Assembly: GCA_038231435.1 (NCBI GenBank)
Contig: JBBRLJ010000011.1
Location: 1-64,000 of the forward strand
Origin: Planctomycetota bacterium
GTDB taxonomy: Bacteria; Planctomycetota; UBA11346
Length of the DNA stretch: 64,000 nt
Direction of reading: 5' to 3'
The first letter of the stretch is position 1. Each line of letters begins with the position of its first letter. Both the position numbers and the translations under genes were made by a program. Shown here piece after piece: positions 37,701 through 46,917 of this stretch. The notes beneath the pieces were generated by a model that did no database searches, was not told where the DNA came from, and saw only the letters and a program-made list of their open reading frames with translations.

Positions 37701-38045
37701 GGGGGGCTGAACGCCGTGAACACCTTCTGCGGCATCCCTGAATCACTCTACGCATGGACGAATCCGCTACGCACCACGCGTTTCGTCGACGTGGCGAGCA
37801 GCGAGGAAGGCGGACAGTTGTGGCAGAACGCGCAGGGCATGGTCCCGAACGACAATCCGTGGGCCCCGCCCGGAGCGGACAAGGTCATCACCTTCGATAC
37901 GCGCATGGGCCACTGGGGCGCCGACCGCAACGGCAATGGCAAGCTCGACATCGGCCCCATCCCGAAATCTACCCGATTGAAGGCCGTCAAGGTGGCCGAC
38001 TTCAATTTCTACGATCCGATCATGCGCGTGAACGCGAGCAACTGA
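34713..38045 (+). CDS. Giant GspI/PilV-position prepilin protein B2, about 1110 aa
   Basis: MSRG|FTLFEVMISLL; shares blocks with A3 (DEIQNLLDQGG, ATYEMRANYRDRAIDLWQAVMP, GHWGADRNGNG); alternative start 34692. Confidence 0.9.
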   Translation: MSRGFTLFEVMISLLILTVAILSTLALLPVGLKALQLSRSQMFAAATAINLGNSFHNAVPKLGLGQISPTYVIRAGAPASTVAPPSTVPDCGWAAQMRNSMLQSSPYQYNAEQDLGGWFKGVLPVPIQIARRLDSTSDEIQNLLDQGGMLWYPDPNFMTGLNSGAALDKTLQTMPSSEIQKLVFAFASLPQQNLLTSHPVESLPWYEVYPFPPAWLSMEAKGIEARRLGDCAGPIGVKTAVTVRGRGTGDWTWCGGMVSYDDAGHSRYEPVYWRVPTREGAVSDPVGWGAWFNKEKPLDDPAAYNVGSNGGANDWDKGWYQGCAFHHGRNWRYFSINQGGLWKGGNGVASVDPFYAANAAQWAYICFQRLSGGDAQWLGCPRANYTRTIKDDAVGTLEGVPNAYTTIIDPIDPPLAGGDIAPAWNSTVVAVPPQNAWPAHTAAKFCRAGWLPIRGLQDNPTEVRFDDTMGNFYLADGNLNQGTLARTIQPQTCRPTATYEMRANYRDRAIDLWQAVMPSNSGLTTLTKNVNALVEVEKGGTMVDCDKYEYPPLELNKFKFMLPSQLDARDWPIHPAQVMALSYLAHAAMLVTGYSAPFAQDLTQSAQVNSIKIAWEGLNWTYRKGPQEAAFTEVAPGQGITKDALIVAADAAPGATTITIKNDTSNPYVLYPGDVITFAESYKQWWFRYGLPQRGNGDIWSYREAATMAGGIYDNPPVLFPNMNYRLHTFRVVSFNGNVGMPNEVGGNSTVSITITPPLPTYPANLNDATANPVLNNGVSVFAGSQIRRLCNEADRAFARKAYEMCMAWAQAYCSEEPYDCGAPRMANHQTMMDKPIAMFDLFWDAANGAANSPNGRAVRTPMNYQQWANNPMRYSTESFYRWMVPNNNVPDSYFWKGIAPLQNRHDISHSGPTTWGAPAWDMMTHNDQLKPPTDGNDQQRFWAVKPFAPFHRSRQLAFWSVDWKAFEDAEVVPSAPVDYAKQNMQIYNYWYLFPNGGLNAVNTFCGIPESLYAWTNPLRTTRFVDVASSEEGGQLWQNAQGMVPNDNPWAPPGADKVITFDTRMGHWGADRNGNGKLDIGPIPKSTRLKAVKVADFNFYDPIMRVNASN

Positions 38046-38049
38046 GCCC

Positions 38050-39876
38050 ATGGAATCCCACGCTCCCACGCGCCGGCTGCGCTCCCTGGTTCCGACCCTG
38101 GCACGACTTGGACGTGCTCGCAGGGCCTCCGGCGTTGAGGGCTTCACTCTGATCGAGATGATCGTCTCGATAGCCCTGGCTTCGATCCTCATCCTCTGCG
38201 CGGTGACCTGTTTCCGCATGATCTCGAAGGCAGTGTCCACCGCGAACGCCATCAACACCGAGAATACCATGCTGCGCACCGGCATGGAGCTGGCTCTCTT
38301 GGATGTCGACTACTGGCAGTCCTACGCGAACGATCGCCAGCCCTTCAACAAGGGCTGGACCCGGGTGCGGTCAGAACCGGACAATCCCGCGACGAATTTC
38401 ACCGACGAGTCGATGCGCAGACGCCCGTTCCAGCCGGTGCGCTATTCGCCGCGCACCGACTCCGCCGAACGCGACCCGTTTCCAGGAACGCACGGCAACT
38501 CGATTCCACGCCTCGACTACTCGATCTACAACTCACCGACCCCGACCCGACCGAAATGGAACGATCCCTGGGACGCGAGCGGCGACTACTGGAAAGACCC
38601 GTACAACCGCAACGACATGGTGCCGAACCCCAACGGCATGCTGGCACATGACCCGCGCTCGGTCTCACGTCAGACCCTGCGCCCGTTGCGCGTGCCCGAG
38701 TGGGAAGGCAATGACTGGGGAGCTTGCTGGCAGTTCGGATATCCGCGTCTCGCCGTCGGCGACTATACACTGGTGAACGCCTCCGACGCGCGTGACGTTG
38801 CCGGACAGCCGGATCCGCACTGGCCCGCCGGCAACAACGTCTCCATCCCGCTCGACCTCACCTCGACCGGCGCTGCCACCGACAGCTATCCCGATTCCGG
38901 CACGCTCGACATCCCGTTGGACAAGGGCTTGGCCACCTACCAGCCGCTGCTGTGGACCAGTCTCTACCACCGTCTGTGGTACCTGGGGCTGTACGAATAC
39001 ATGACGCCGGGAACGCCGATCTTCTTCAACGATGCGCGCGGCAATGCGCCCGACTGGTTCACCAGACCGATCGCGCCGATGAATCAGGCCACGTCGAACA
39101 CCTGGGGTTTCGATTACATCTGGGACCGCGACTGGCAGCTCGACAACAAGGGCTCGGGCGGCGGCAATGTCGACGTCGCGGTGCGCATGGGCGACACCTA
39201 CACGCCCACCAACGCCCTGTGGGGTGCCTCGCGCATCTCGGGCGGCTTGCCATTCCGACCGAATTGGCCCGAGACCAAGCTCTACTCCGCCAATGCCGAC
39301 GACAACCAGCACCAGTACCCGTTCAGCATCTTCTTCGGCAACAGTGGCTACTGGGGCGGCACCGAGGGCTACTCGACCGGCGTGTCGACCTGGGGCAACC
39401 TCCAGGGTTTCGAGCGTGGCGACCAGACGCGCAACGACTACGCGGTGCTCTCCAATACGGTATGGATGCCCTTCAATCCCACGGACGTGGAGCGCGCCGA
39501 TCCGGATACCGGCACAGCATTGAACCCCGGCAACAACATCCGTTCGACCCTGGGCAAGCTCGACTACGTCTCGAAGCCGCCCAACGCGCCGGTGCTGACC
39601 ACCACCATGTTTCGTTATCTGCGTGTCGCTGGGGCCGGCGATCTGACCGTGGCCCGCGTCAGCATCGACAACCCCGATGGTCACCGGGTGGAACTGACCC
39701 TGACGCCGTTCGGAACCACCTATCGCGGCGCGCGGCAGCACTGGCGCCTGTACAGCAAGGGCATTGGCGCGGACAATATCAATCCGCCGCTGCCGGCTTC
39801 ACGATTCAGCTTGGTCGACAAGACCTGCATCGGGGACTTCTACGATGAGACGAACGGGCCCTACTATGTTCCATAG
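38050..39876 (+). CDS. GspJ/PilW-position prepilin protein B3, 608 aa
   Basis: VEG|FTLIEMIVSIA; shares RRPFQPVRY, PFGTT-RGARQHWRLYS and GPYYVP with A4. Confidence 0.9.
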   Translation: MESHAPTRRLRSLVPTLARLGRARRASGVEGFTLIEMIVSIALASILILCAVTCFRMISKAVSTANAINTENTMLRTGMELALLDVDYWQSYANDRQPFNKGWTRVRSEPDNPATNFTDESMRRRPFQPVRYSPRTDSAERDPFPGTHGNSIPRLDYSIYNSPTPTRPKWNDPWDASGDYWKDPYNRNDMVPNPNGMLAHDPRSVSRQTLRPLRVPEWEGNDWGACWQFGYPRLAVGDYTLVNASDARDVAGQPDPHWPAGNNVSIPLDLTSTGAATDSYPDSGTLDIPLDKGLATYQPLLWTSLYHRLWYLGLYEYMTPGTPIFFNDARGNAPDWFTRPIAPMNQATSNTWGFDYIWDRDWQLDNKGSGGGNVDVAVRMGDTYTPTNALWGASRISGGLPFRPNWPETKLYSANADDNQHQYPFSIFFGNSGYWGGTEGYSTGVSTWGNLQGFERGDQTRNDYAVLSNTVWMPFNPTDVERADPDTGTALNPGNNIRSTLGKLDYVSKPPNAPVLTTTMFRYLRVAGAGDLTVARVSIDNPDGHRVELTLTPFGTTYRGARQHWRLYSKGIGADNINPPLPASRFSLVDKTCIGDFYDETNGPYYVP

Positions 39877-41344
39877 CGGGCCTCACGCCAGGAAACCGGC
39901 TCGCGCTCACGCCGGACCGAACCGCAGTGGCGCGGTGCTGATCATCGTGGTCGGCCTGTCGATGGTGCTGCTCGGCGTGGCCGTCAGCTTCATGGTGAAC
40001 ATGCGCTCCTCCGCCCAGGAGACGCGCTTCCTGCTCGGGGAAGCTCAGGCGCGACTGATGCTGCACGCGGCGATGATGTATCTCCAGGAATCCTCGCGCC
40101 TGGGCTGGGGCGAGGAGACCTACGGCTGGACGGACATCCGCGATGGCTCGCTCGGCCCCAGGCCGACCCGCAACTTCAAGTTCCGGACCGACTTCTCGGG
40201 TCTCGCCACCGGCACGCCCGTCGATGGCTCGCCAGACGGTAACTGGATCGGGGCCGCACCGACCGACTACAACATCCCGCCACCCAACTGGTGGAAGCGG
40301 ACGTGGCCTCGCTATCGCGCCTTCCCTGACGAGACGGACGTGCTGCAGTTTCCGCAATCGAGTTCGCGGTGCTGGCCGTGCCCGGGATCAGTCGGACGAT
40401 TCCCGATGGCCGTGCCGGTCCAGCCGCCGTACGCGACCCAGCTGCGTTACGCCTACAACCCGATCCGCCACGATCCGGCGATCCCGGAATACGGCAGCCC
40501 GGGCTGGGATCAGGTCTGGGATCCGACCTGGAACCCAGGTGACATCAATTGGTGGGCGGCCAAATCTCCCGGGTTGATCATCAATCCGACCTTCGATCCC
40601 GCGAACGGCTCGACCGGCATGCTCGATCCGCAGCCCCAGGCGGACTTGTGGCAGGATCCCGCATACGCGGGGTTGCCAGGCCAGAAGCCAGACTTCATCA
40701 CCGGCGCGATCCAGCCGGGCGTGACCCAGGGCGACTGGACGCACTTCGTCGACGATGGCTCGCCGCGTCCGCCGGTGAGCGTCCAGCTCGCGGTAAAGCC
40801 AGGCATGGAAAACACCTGCTGGTTCCGCATCTACCGTGAACTGCAGTTCGACCACGACAACGATGGCATACCCGCCTACGACCGCGTCGCTCTGTACGAC
40901 CCCAAGAATCCCGGGCTCAAGAACTACAACGTCTTCATCATCGCCTGCGGCTCCGGCGGGACGCGCGGCTACCGCTTCTGGGATGCCACCGACCTGGCGA
41001 ACTGGGAGACCAAGAACGGCCTGACGCCCGGAATAATCACGCGCGGGCAGGAATTCGCGAAGGACTCGCCACTGTTCGCCAGCAGCTTCGATGCCGAGTC
41101 GTTCCACGCGCTGCTCGCGAGCAGCCGCATCCTCTGGTACCGCGTCGAATGGACGGCCATGCAGGGCGGTGGCTGGGATTCGGCAAACTTCGGGTTCGTC
41201 GAGACCGTTGGCTGGAACGTCGCCTGGCAGAATCTCGAAGGAGCCTATCCATATGGCGGCAGCTTGCGCGGCTCGGCGCCAAAGACCTATGGTGGCAACT
41301 TCAAATGGGTGCAGCGACTCGACCACACGCCCCCGAACTGGTGA
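39866..41344 (+). CDS. GspK/PilX-like protein B4, 492 aa
   Basis: RSG|AVLIIVVG with no Glu5; shares ESRLGWGEET-like block and WVQRLDH-PPNW with A5. Confidence 0.88.
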   Translation: MFHSGPHARKPARAHAGPNRSGAVLIIVVGLSMVLLGVAVSFMVNMRSSAQETRFLLGEAQARLMLHAAMMYLQESSRLGWGEETYGWTDIRDGSLGPRPTRNFKFRTDFSGLATGTPVDGSPDGNWIGAAPTDYNIPPPNWWKRTWPRYRAFPDETDVLQFPQSSSRCWPCPGSVGRFPMAVPVQPPYATQLRYAYNPIRHDPAIPEYGSPGWDQVWDPTWNPGDINWWAAKSPGLIINPTFDPANGSTGMLDPQPQADLWQDPAYAGLPGQKPDFITGAIQPGVTQGDWTHFVDDGSPRPPVSVQLAVKPGMENTCWFRIYRELQFDHDNDGIPAYDRVALYDPKNPGLKNYNVFIIACGSGGTRGYRFWDATDLANWETKNGLTPGIITRGQEFAKDSPLFASSFDAESFHALLASSRILWYRVEWTAMQGGGWDSANFGFVETVGWNVAWQNLEGAYPYGGSLRGSAPKTYGGNFKWVQRLDHTPPNW

Positions 41345-41381
41345 TCGCCCCCTCCCCGCTCCTCCGAACGGATACCTGACG

Positions 41382-42782
41382 ATGGCCCATACTCCCCAGG
41401 ATTCGGAACGCCGGTGTACCCGCCATCAGGCCGGCTTCACGCTGGTCGAGTTGCTGATCGTCATCACCATCATCACTGTCTTGGCGGGCTTGACGCTCTC
41501 GGTCGTCAACATGGTGCGCGAATCGGCGCGTGTGCTGCAGACTTCATCGCGCATGCAGGCGATCATCAATGCCCTGACCTCCTACGGCTCGCACGAAGGC
41601 GGCGCCGCGGCGGAACTGCAGAACGCCTGCGCGCTCGGCGGCAGCGGGCGGATGGCCACCATCGCGGCGATCGTCGATAGCATCATCCCAGGCTGCGCCG
41701 CGCCGCCGGATTTCCTCTCCATGCTCAGGGCCGGCGGCAGCACCGTGTTCACAAGCTACAACATCAACAACACCAACTACGCCAGCTCGCTCTACAATGG
41801 CAACAACACCCAGAGCTCTGAGGTCATCCACCTCTATCAGCGTCTGAGCAAGCAGCTCTTCGACGTCATGCCCCCGTCCGGCGCGATGTGGACCCCTGGC
41901 GACTACACCACCAACTGGGCTTTCCAGTGGCCCGAGACCGATTGGATTCTGCCCGCGCCCGGAGCCAATCCCCCCATCCTGCCGTTTCCGTGGGGCAAGG
42001 CGGGATTGCGCATCGATGGTACGCTCTGCGACGTCTCGGTTCCGGAAGGGCTCGGGTACCCGAACGTCAGCCAATTCAACGAGGAGATGAATTCGGGCGG
42101 CGCCATCACCATGGCGAAGGAGCCGACCGGCAACAGCTGGGCGACGCTCGGCAACCTCGACGGACGCATCTGGAAGTGGACCTCGGCCAACCCGGCCCAG
42201 ACCGATTGGGTGACCCTGAACCGCGCCACCCGGTCGGACGGCATAGATCTACCCCCTGCCGCGCTCGCGGCCAACAAGCCGATGCCGTTCGATCTCGGCT
42301 GGCTCTCACCGCTCAAGAGCATCCAGCTGATGCAGGCCGCCGGCATCATTCCTCCAGGGGCCGCGGGATTGGATGCGTATCGCAACGATCGCCGCGCCCA
42401 TCAGCCATGGAATGATGCCTGGGGCAGCCCGCTGATCGTCGTCTATGCGATTTTCCAACCGCAGCGCTACCAGCGGGCCTTTGATCTGCAGAACCGCCGC
42501 GACCTGTTCATCCATGGTTCGCTCAGTTCCTACCAGTATGCGCGCTCGCTCTACCTGGCGGTGGGCGCCGCAGGATACACCCGCAACCCTGGCGTACCCG
42601 CCACCTGGATCGCCGCCGACGACGCCACCGTGCAGCGCGACTACTGGCTCCAGATCCGCGACGTCTGCAAGGCGAGCGATTGGACCGAGAGCTCCTTCAC
42701 CTCGCCCCCCTGGAAGGATGTGCGCGTGAAGAAGAAGAACGGCAAGAAGTGCCTGCTATCGACCCCGAACGAACTCAAATGA
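41382..42782 (+). CDS. GspG-like prepilin protein B5 with insert, 466 aa
   Basis: QAG|FTLVELLIV; shares QWPETDW, FPWGK-GLRID and WNDAWG with A7. Confidence 0.9.
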   Translation: MAHTPQDSERRCTRHQAGFTLVELLIVITIITVLAGLTLSVVNMVRESARVLQTSSRMQAIINALTSYGSHEGGAAAELQNACALGGSGRMATIAAIVDSIIPGCAAPPDFLSMLRAGGSTVFTSYNINNTNYASSLYNGNNTQSSEVIHLYQRLSKQLFDVMPPSGAMWTPGDYTTNWAFQWPETDWILPAPGANPPILPFPWGKAGLRIDGTLCDVSVPEGLGYPNVSQFNEEMNSGGAITMAKEPTGNSWATLGNLDGRIWKWTSANPAQTDWVTLNRATRSDGIDLPPAALAANKPMPFDLGWLSPLKSIQLMQAAGIIPPGAAGLDAYRNDRRAHQPWNDAWGSPLIVVYAIFQPQRYQRAFDLQNRRDLFIHGSLSSYQYARSLYLAVGAAGYTRNPGVPATWIAADDATVQRDYWLQIRDVCKASDWTESSFTSPPWKDVRVKKKNGKKCLLSTPNELK

Positions 42783-42788
42783 CTTTTG

Positions 42789-43043
42789 GTTGGGGGGCTA
42801 CTTCTTTCAGTTGGGGGGCTACGGCCCCCCAACATCGCGCTCCGCGCTGCCCCCCAGGAAGAAACGGCCTGTAAGGTTTGGAAGCAGGCGCTGCGCGCTG
42901 CTCAATCGCCTTGCGAATACGTGAATCGGTAGGCTGACACGTACGGCAGCGAACAGCGCCTTGGCGCCTGTTCCCAACACTCGCTGTTCCCTGCCTCTTG
43001 GGGGCAGGCCGGAGGCCGATGTTGGGGGGCCGTAGCCCCCAAC
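42789..43043. repeat. Long palindromic REPIN-like element (family 2)
   Basis: GTTGGGGGGCTACGGCCCCCCAACATCG (42810-42837) is inverted at 43017-43043; inner arms also pair; lies between convergent genes. Confidence 0.8.
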
Positions 43044-43049
43044 CGAGAG

Positions 43050-45389
43050 TCAGCGCGGAGGCAGCTCTGGCATCAGCTGCTGCAGGCGCCAGCCCAGGTA
43101 CATCTCCTCGATCTCGCGCCGGTCGTGGCGGTTGAACGGCAGGTCCAGGCAGGCGCGGTAGGTGCTGATGATGGCCTCCGGATCGCCCGAGAGTTCGGCC
43201 TCGAGCGCTTTAGCCAGCAGCAGTCGATCGTCCGAATAGTTCCGGTACGGCTGGTTGAGGAACTGCTCGTCGGTGATCTTTCCGAGGGCGCGCTGGGCGA
43301 TATACCAGAACTGCTGGCGATAGGAGTAGCGGTTCGCTTCGACATCCTTCTCGAGGGCGCGGCGCGCGGCTTCGCGGCCGCCGTCGACGGAGGCCATCAT
43401 CACCGGGAGCACGTGCTGGGAGAAGATACGGTTATCGTCCATGCAGTCGGGCTCGGCCGTGGACAGCTTCTCGAACAGCTGCCGGCTGCGCTCGAGATCA
43501 CCCTCGACGCGGCTGTGGAGCGCGGCCATGTACACTCCTGGAATCCAGGCTGGTGCTAGCGTCAGGGCCTCGTCGAACCGGTTCATCGAGATCAACGCGG
43601 TGGCGCGCATCTGCGTGCTGGTCGATTCCTCGAGCACCATCTCGGGATGTCCGGTCGCCATCCACGCGTACATGCGATGGCTGCCGTCGAAGCTGCCCTC
43701 ACGCACGCTGGCGGGAATGTCGGCGAGCACCTGGTCGGCGTGACCAGTGGCGAGCATGACCGCATGCGCCCAATTGGATTTCGGGGCGCTTTCCAAGAGC
43801 TCGGGGAATTTCCCCTGCAGGAACATGCCCCACGAGGGATCCAGGTTCAACTTGCGGCCCGACTGCATGTCGGCGAACGAGATGCCGTCGTGGACCACGC
43901 GGCTCTGGAGGTTGAAGTTGTTGGGGAAATCGTTCTTGATCGCCTCATAGCGGCCCATGTCCGCCAAGGTCTCTCCATATTCACGGCTATGCGGAGGGAA
44001 GGTCTCGATGATGTAGTCGAAGCGGCCGAAGCGCTTGAGCAGCGCGCACATGTCCGGAATGAAGGGATTGTTGAGCCAGGGCGTCTGGTAGGCCTTCGAC
44101 CAGCGCATGATCTCGCGGTGCGCCGCGATGACGCGATCCACGATGTCGTCCGGGTATTGGTGATCGCCTGGGGCGGCGATCTTGCGCGGCCTGACCAGCG
44201 CCAGGCTGTCCTCACCGAGCTCGCGCAGCACGGTGCAGACGATCGGGCTGCCGGGATAGTGGGCGAGGGCCTGGCGCAGCTGCTCCTCGAGCGGCTTGTC
44301 GCCCGCCAACCGGGCGTGCTTGAGCCGCTCGTGCAGCGAGAACGGCACCAGCGCATGATCGGGGTTCTGCGCCTCGAAGTCGGTCAGCATGGCCAAGCCG
44401 CGCGGCGCGTCGCCAGTGCGGATGGCACACATCGCCAGCCAGAACCTCGCGGTGCGCGCGAGTTCGCCCTTGGGATAGGTGGCGAGGATCTCCTCGTACT
44501 GGCGTTGCGCGTCTACGTAGTTCTTGGTCTGGTAGAGCCGGTCCGCGACCACCAGTGGCGACACCTTCATGGGCAGCGGCTGGTGGTAGATGCGGATGTT
44601 GTCGATCGTCCACGGATTGCCGGCGAAGCAGTCGAAGCCGAAGGACTGCGGCAAGGCCTCCTCGAGATCCATGTAGTCGAGGACCTTGCGCTGGTCGATC
44701 GCGAGGCTCACGTGGCGGTCGCTGCGCTCCATCGCGAAATGGTAGGTACGCCCGGCCTCGATCGGCTTGTCGGCCACGAACATGTCGACCAGCAGGTACT
44801 GCCCGCCCTTGGTCATCACCATGTAGGTGGCGTCGCCCCAGGCGGCGATGTGGAAGGTGAAGCCCGATGTCCGATCGTCGCCGACGAAGCAATTCAGGTT
44901 CATGCCGACGGAGGAACGGTAGTCCCACTCGACCCGCACGTTGCCAGGGATCTTGGTGGACGACACCAGGTCGACGATCTCGGATTTGGGATCGATGTGC
45001 AGTCCGCCATCGGCGAACGAGAAGTTGGGGCCGTCGAGCCGCAGGGGCTCGAAGGAACCAGGGCCCCATGACGGCTTGGTGACCGCATGCCAGTCGGCGG
45101 CGAGTCCAGGCAGCGAGGCGTGCTCGAAATCCTCGTCGCTCACCAGCGTCCAGACTTTCTGCTCGCGCAGTTTCTCGCGCCACAGCAGCCCGCCGGCGAA
45201 CAGCAGCGCCAAGGCCGCGATCACGACCAGCGACCAGAAGACCAGGGAGTCGTTCGCGTACCAACGGCGCTTGGCGGCCGGGGCCTGACCCTTCCCGTCG
45301 GCCAGCAGCAGCCAGGGCAGCAACGGGGACGGGTGCGAGGACGGTCGTTCCGGGGACGGCTGGGCCGCCGATGGCTGTTCGCTGGTCAT
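43050..45389 (-). CDS. Kinase-less paralog of 23478-26846 (TM, beta-sandwich, TPR), 779 aa
   Basis: Colinear with the kinase from RWYA onward (KIPGNVR-EWDYR, GFTFHIAAWGD, IDNIRIYHQPLP, QPYRNY) but has no kinase domain. Confidence 0.9.
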   Translation of the reverse strand: MTSEQPSAAQPSPERPSSHPSPLLPWLLLADGKGQAPAAKRRWYANDSLVFWSLVVIAALALLFAGGLLWREKLREQKVWTLVSDEDFEHASLPGLAADWHAVTKPSWGPGSFEPLRLDGPNFSFADGGLHIDPKSEIVDLVSSTKIPGNVRVEWDYRSSVGMNLNCFVGDDRTSGFTFHIAAWGDATYMVMTKGGQYLLVDMFVADKPIEAGRTYHFAMERSDRHVSLAIDQRKVLDYMDLEEALPQSFGFDCFAGNPWTIDNIRIYHQPLPMKVSPLVVADRLYQTKNYVDAQRQYEEILATYPKGELARTARFWLAMCAIRTGDAPRGLAMLTDFEAQNPDHALVPFSLHERLKHARLAGDKPLEEQLRQALAHYPGSPIVCTVLRELGEDSLALVRPRKIAAPGDHQYPDDIVDRVIAAHREIMRWSKAYQTPWLNNPFIPDMCALLKRFGRFDYIIETFPPHSREYGETLADMGRYEAIKNDFPNNFNLQSRVVHDGISFADMQSGRKLNLDPSWGMFLQGKFPELLESAPKSNWAHAVMLATGHADQVLADIPASVREGSFDGSHRMYAWMATGHPEMVLEESTSTQMRATALISMNRFDEALTLAPAWIPGVYMAALHSRVEGDLERSRQLFEKLSTAEPDCMDDNRIFSQHVLPVMMASVDGGREAARRALEKDVEANRYSYRQQFWYIAQRALGKITDEQFLNQPYRNYSDDRLLLAKALEAELSGDPEAIISTYRACLDLPFNRHDRREIEEMYLGWRLQQLMPELPPR

Positions 45390-45420
45390 CGTGGATCCAC
45401 CGGCTTCTTGGGCATGCCAG

Positions 45421-45450
45421 AGGATACCATGGGACCGCGCCCGTGCGCAA
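45421..45450 (-). promoter_or_regulatory. Sigma70-like promoter of the kinase-less paralog
   Basis: TTGCGC-N18-TATCCT with an extended TG. Confidence 0.6.
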
Positions 45451-45471
45451 TACGGCCCTGGCCGACCCGGA

Positions 45472-46917
45472 TCAGAGAGTGACGCCCAGCTGCCGGCCGA
45501 TCTCGGCCTTCACGCCATTCGGCTCGGCCTTGCCGCCAGCGAGCTTCATGGTGACGCCGACCAGCCTGCCGACGGCGGCGAGCTTGCCGCCCTTGACGTC
45601 CGCCACGACCTTGGGCTCCTGGGCCAGGGCCTGCGCGACCCAGGCCGACAGCTGCCCGGCATCCTGGACCTGGATCATGCCCTTGGCGGTGAAGTAGGCC
45701 TCTGGCTCCTGGCCCGAGGCGAACAGCTCGGTGCATTCGGCCTTGGCCACCACGCGGGCGACCTTGCCCTGGTCGATGAGGGTTACCAGCTTGGCCATGG
45801 TCGCCACGGGCGCCGCGGCCTCGAGCGGCCGGTGGAGCTCGTTGGACAACCGGATCGCCTCCTCTCGCGTCCAGTTGGCGGCGAGCTTGGGCTTGACGCC
45901 GGCCTTCACCAGGGCCTCGAAGTAGTCGGCGATCGGCATCTCGGCCGACAGTTCGTGCGCCACCGCGCGCTCGCAGGCGAACGCCGTGATGAAGCGCTCC
46001 TCGCGCGCGCGCGGCAGCTCGGGCATGGTCATCCTGATGGCATCGACGCGCTCGGGGACGATCACCAACGGCGGCAGGTCGGGGTCCGGGAAGTAGCGGT
46101 AGTCAGCCGCCTGCTCCTTGCTGCGCATCGGGCGGGTGACCTTCTGGTCGGGATCCCAGAGCTTGGTCTCCTGCACCACCTCTGCGATGCGACCCGCGCG
46201 GTGGAGCGCGCTCTGGCTCTTGATCTCGTACTCGATCGCGGCCTCGACGGCGCGGAACGAATTCAGGTTCTTGATCTCGACGCGGGTGCCGAACTTCTCC
46301 TGGCCCTTCGGCCGGATCGAGACGTTGGCGTCGCAACGCAGGCTACCCTCTTGCATCTCGCAATCGGACACGCCCACCCACTTGAGCGCGCGCTTGAGCT
46401 CGACCAGGTACAGGTAGGCCTCCTCGGCGCTGCGCAGCTCGGGATTGGAGACGATCTCGATCAACGGCACACCGGCGCGGTTGAGATCCACTTCCGACCA
46501 CGGGCCCGAATCCTGGTGGATGAGCTTTCCGGCGTCTTCCTCCATGTGGATGCGGGTCAGGCCGATGGTCTTGGTGGTGCCATCGGGCATGTCGATGTGG
46601 ATCGAGCCGCCGATGCAGTACGGCTCGTCATACTGGCTGATCTGGTAACCCTTGGGCAGGTCGGGGTAGAAGTAGTGTTTGCGGTCGAATTTGCTGTGGT
46701 GCCGGATGTCGCCGCCAACCGCCAGGGCCGCCTTGATGGCGAGTTCGACGGCATGGGCATTGATGACCGGCAGGGCGCCTGGCAGGCCAAGGGTCACGGT
46801 GTCGACTTGGCTGTTGGGCTCGCGCCCGAACACGGTGGTCGCCCCGCAGAACATCTTGGTGGCGGTCTTCAGCTGGCAGTGCACTTCCAGGCCGATGACC
46901 GGCTCGAACTCGCTCAT
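45472..46917 (-). CDS. gatB: Asp/Glu-tRNA amidotransferase subunit B
   Basis: VIGLEVHCQL, FDRKHYFYPDLPKGYQISQ, HMEEDAGK, EGSLRCDANVS, DYRYFPDPDL. Confidence 0.97.
   Translation of the reverse strand: MSEFEPVIGLEVHCQLKTATKMFCGATTVFGREPNSQVDTVTLGLPGALPVINAHAVELAIKAALAVGGDIRHHSKFDRKHYFYPDLPKGYQISQYDEPYCIGGSIHIDMPDGTTKTIGLTRIHMEEDAGKLIHQDSGPWSEVDLNRAGVPLIEIVSNPELRSAEEAYLYLVELKRALKWVGVSDCEMQEGSLRCDANVSIRPKGQEKFGTRVEIKNLNSFRAVEAAIEYEIKSQSALHRAGRIAEVVQETKLWDPDQKVTRPMRSKEQAADYRYFPDPDLPPLVIVPERVDAIRMTMPELPRAREERFITAFACERAVAHELSAEMPIADYFEALVKAGVKPKLAANWTREEAIRLSNELHRPLEAAAPVATMAKLVTLIDQGKVARVVAKAECTELFASGQEPEAYFTAKGMIQVQDAGQLSAWVAQALAQEPKVVADVKGGKLAAVGRLVGVTMKLAGGKAEPNGVKAEIGRQLGVTL

Noticed and set aside
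217..42782. DGR or recombinase-driven shufflon acting on the two cassettes
   Set aside because: No reverse transcriptase, TR/VR pair with adenine-specific differences, recombinase or identical crossover sites seen; divergence includes synonymous sites
42779..42874. Remnant of an A8 counterpart starting at the ATGA overlap after B5
   Set aside because: AAA-TGA produces ATGA trivially; the translation has no prepilin motif and runs into a repeat
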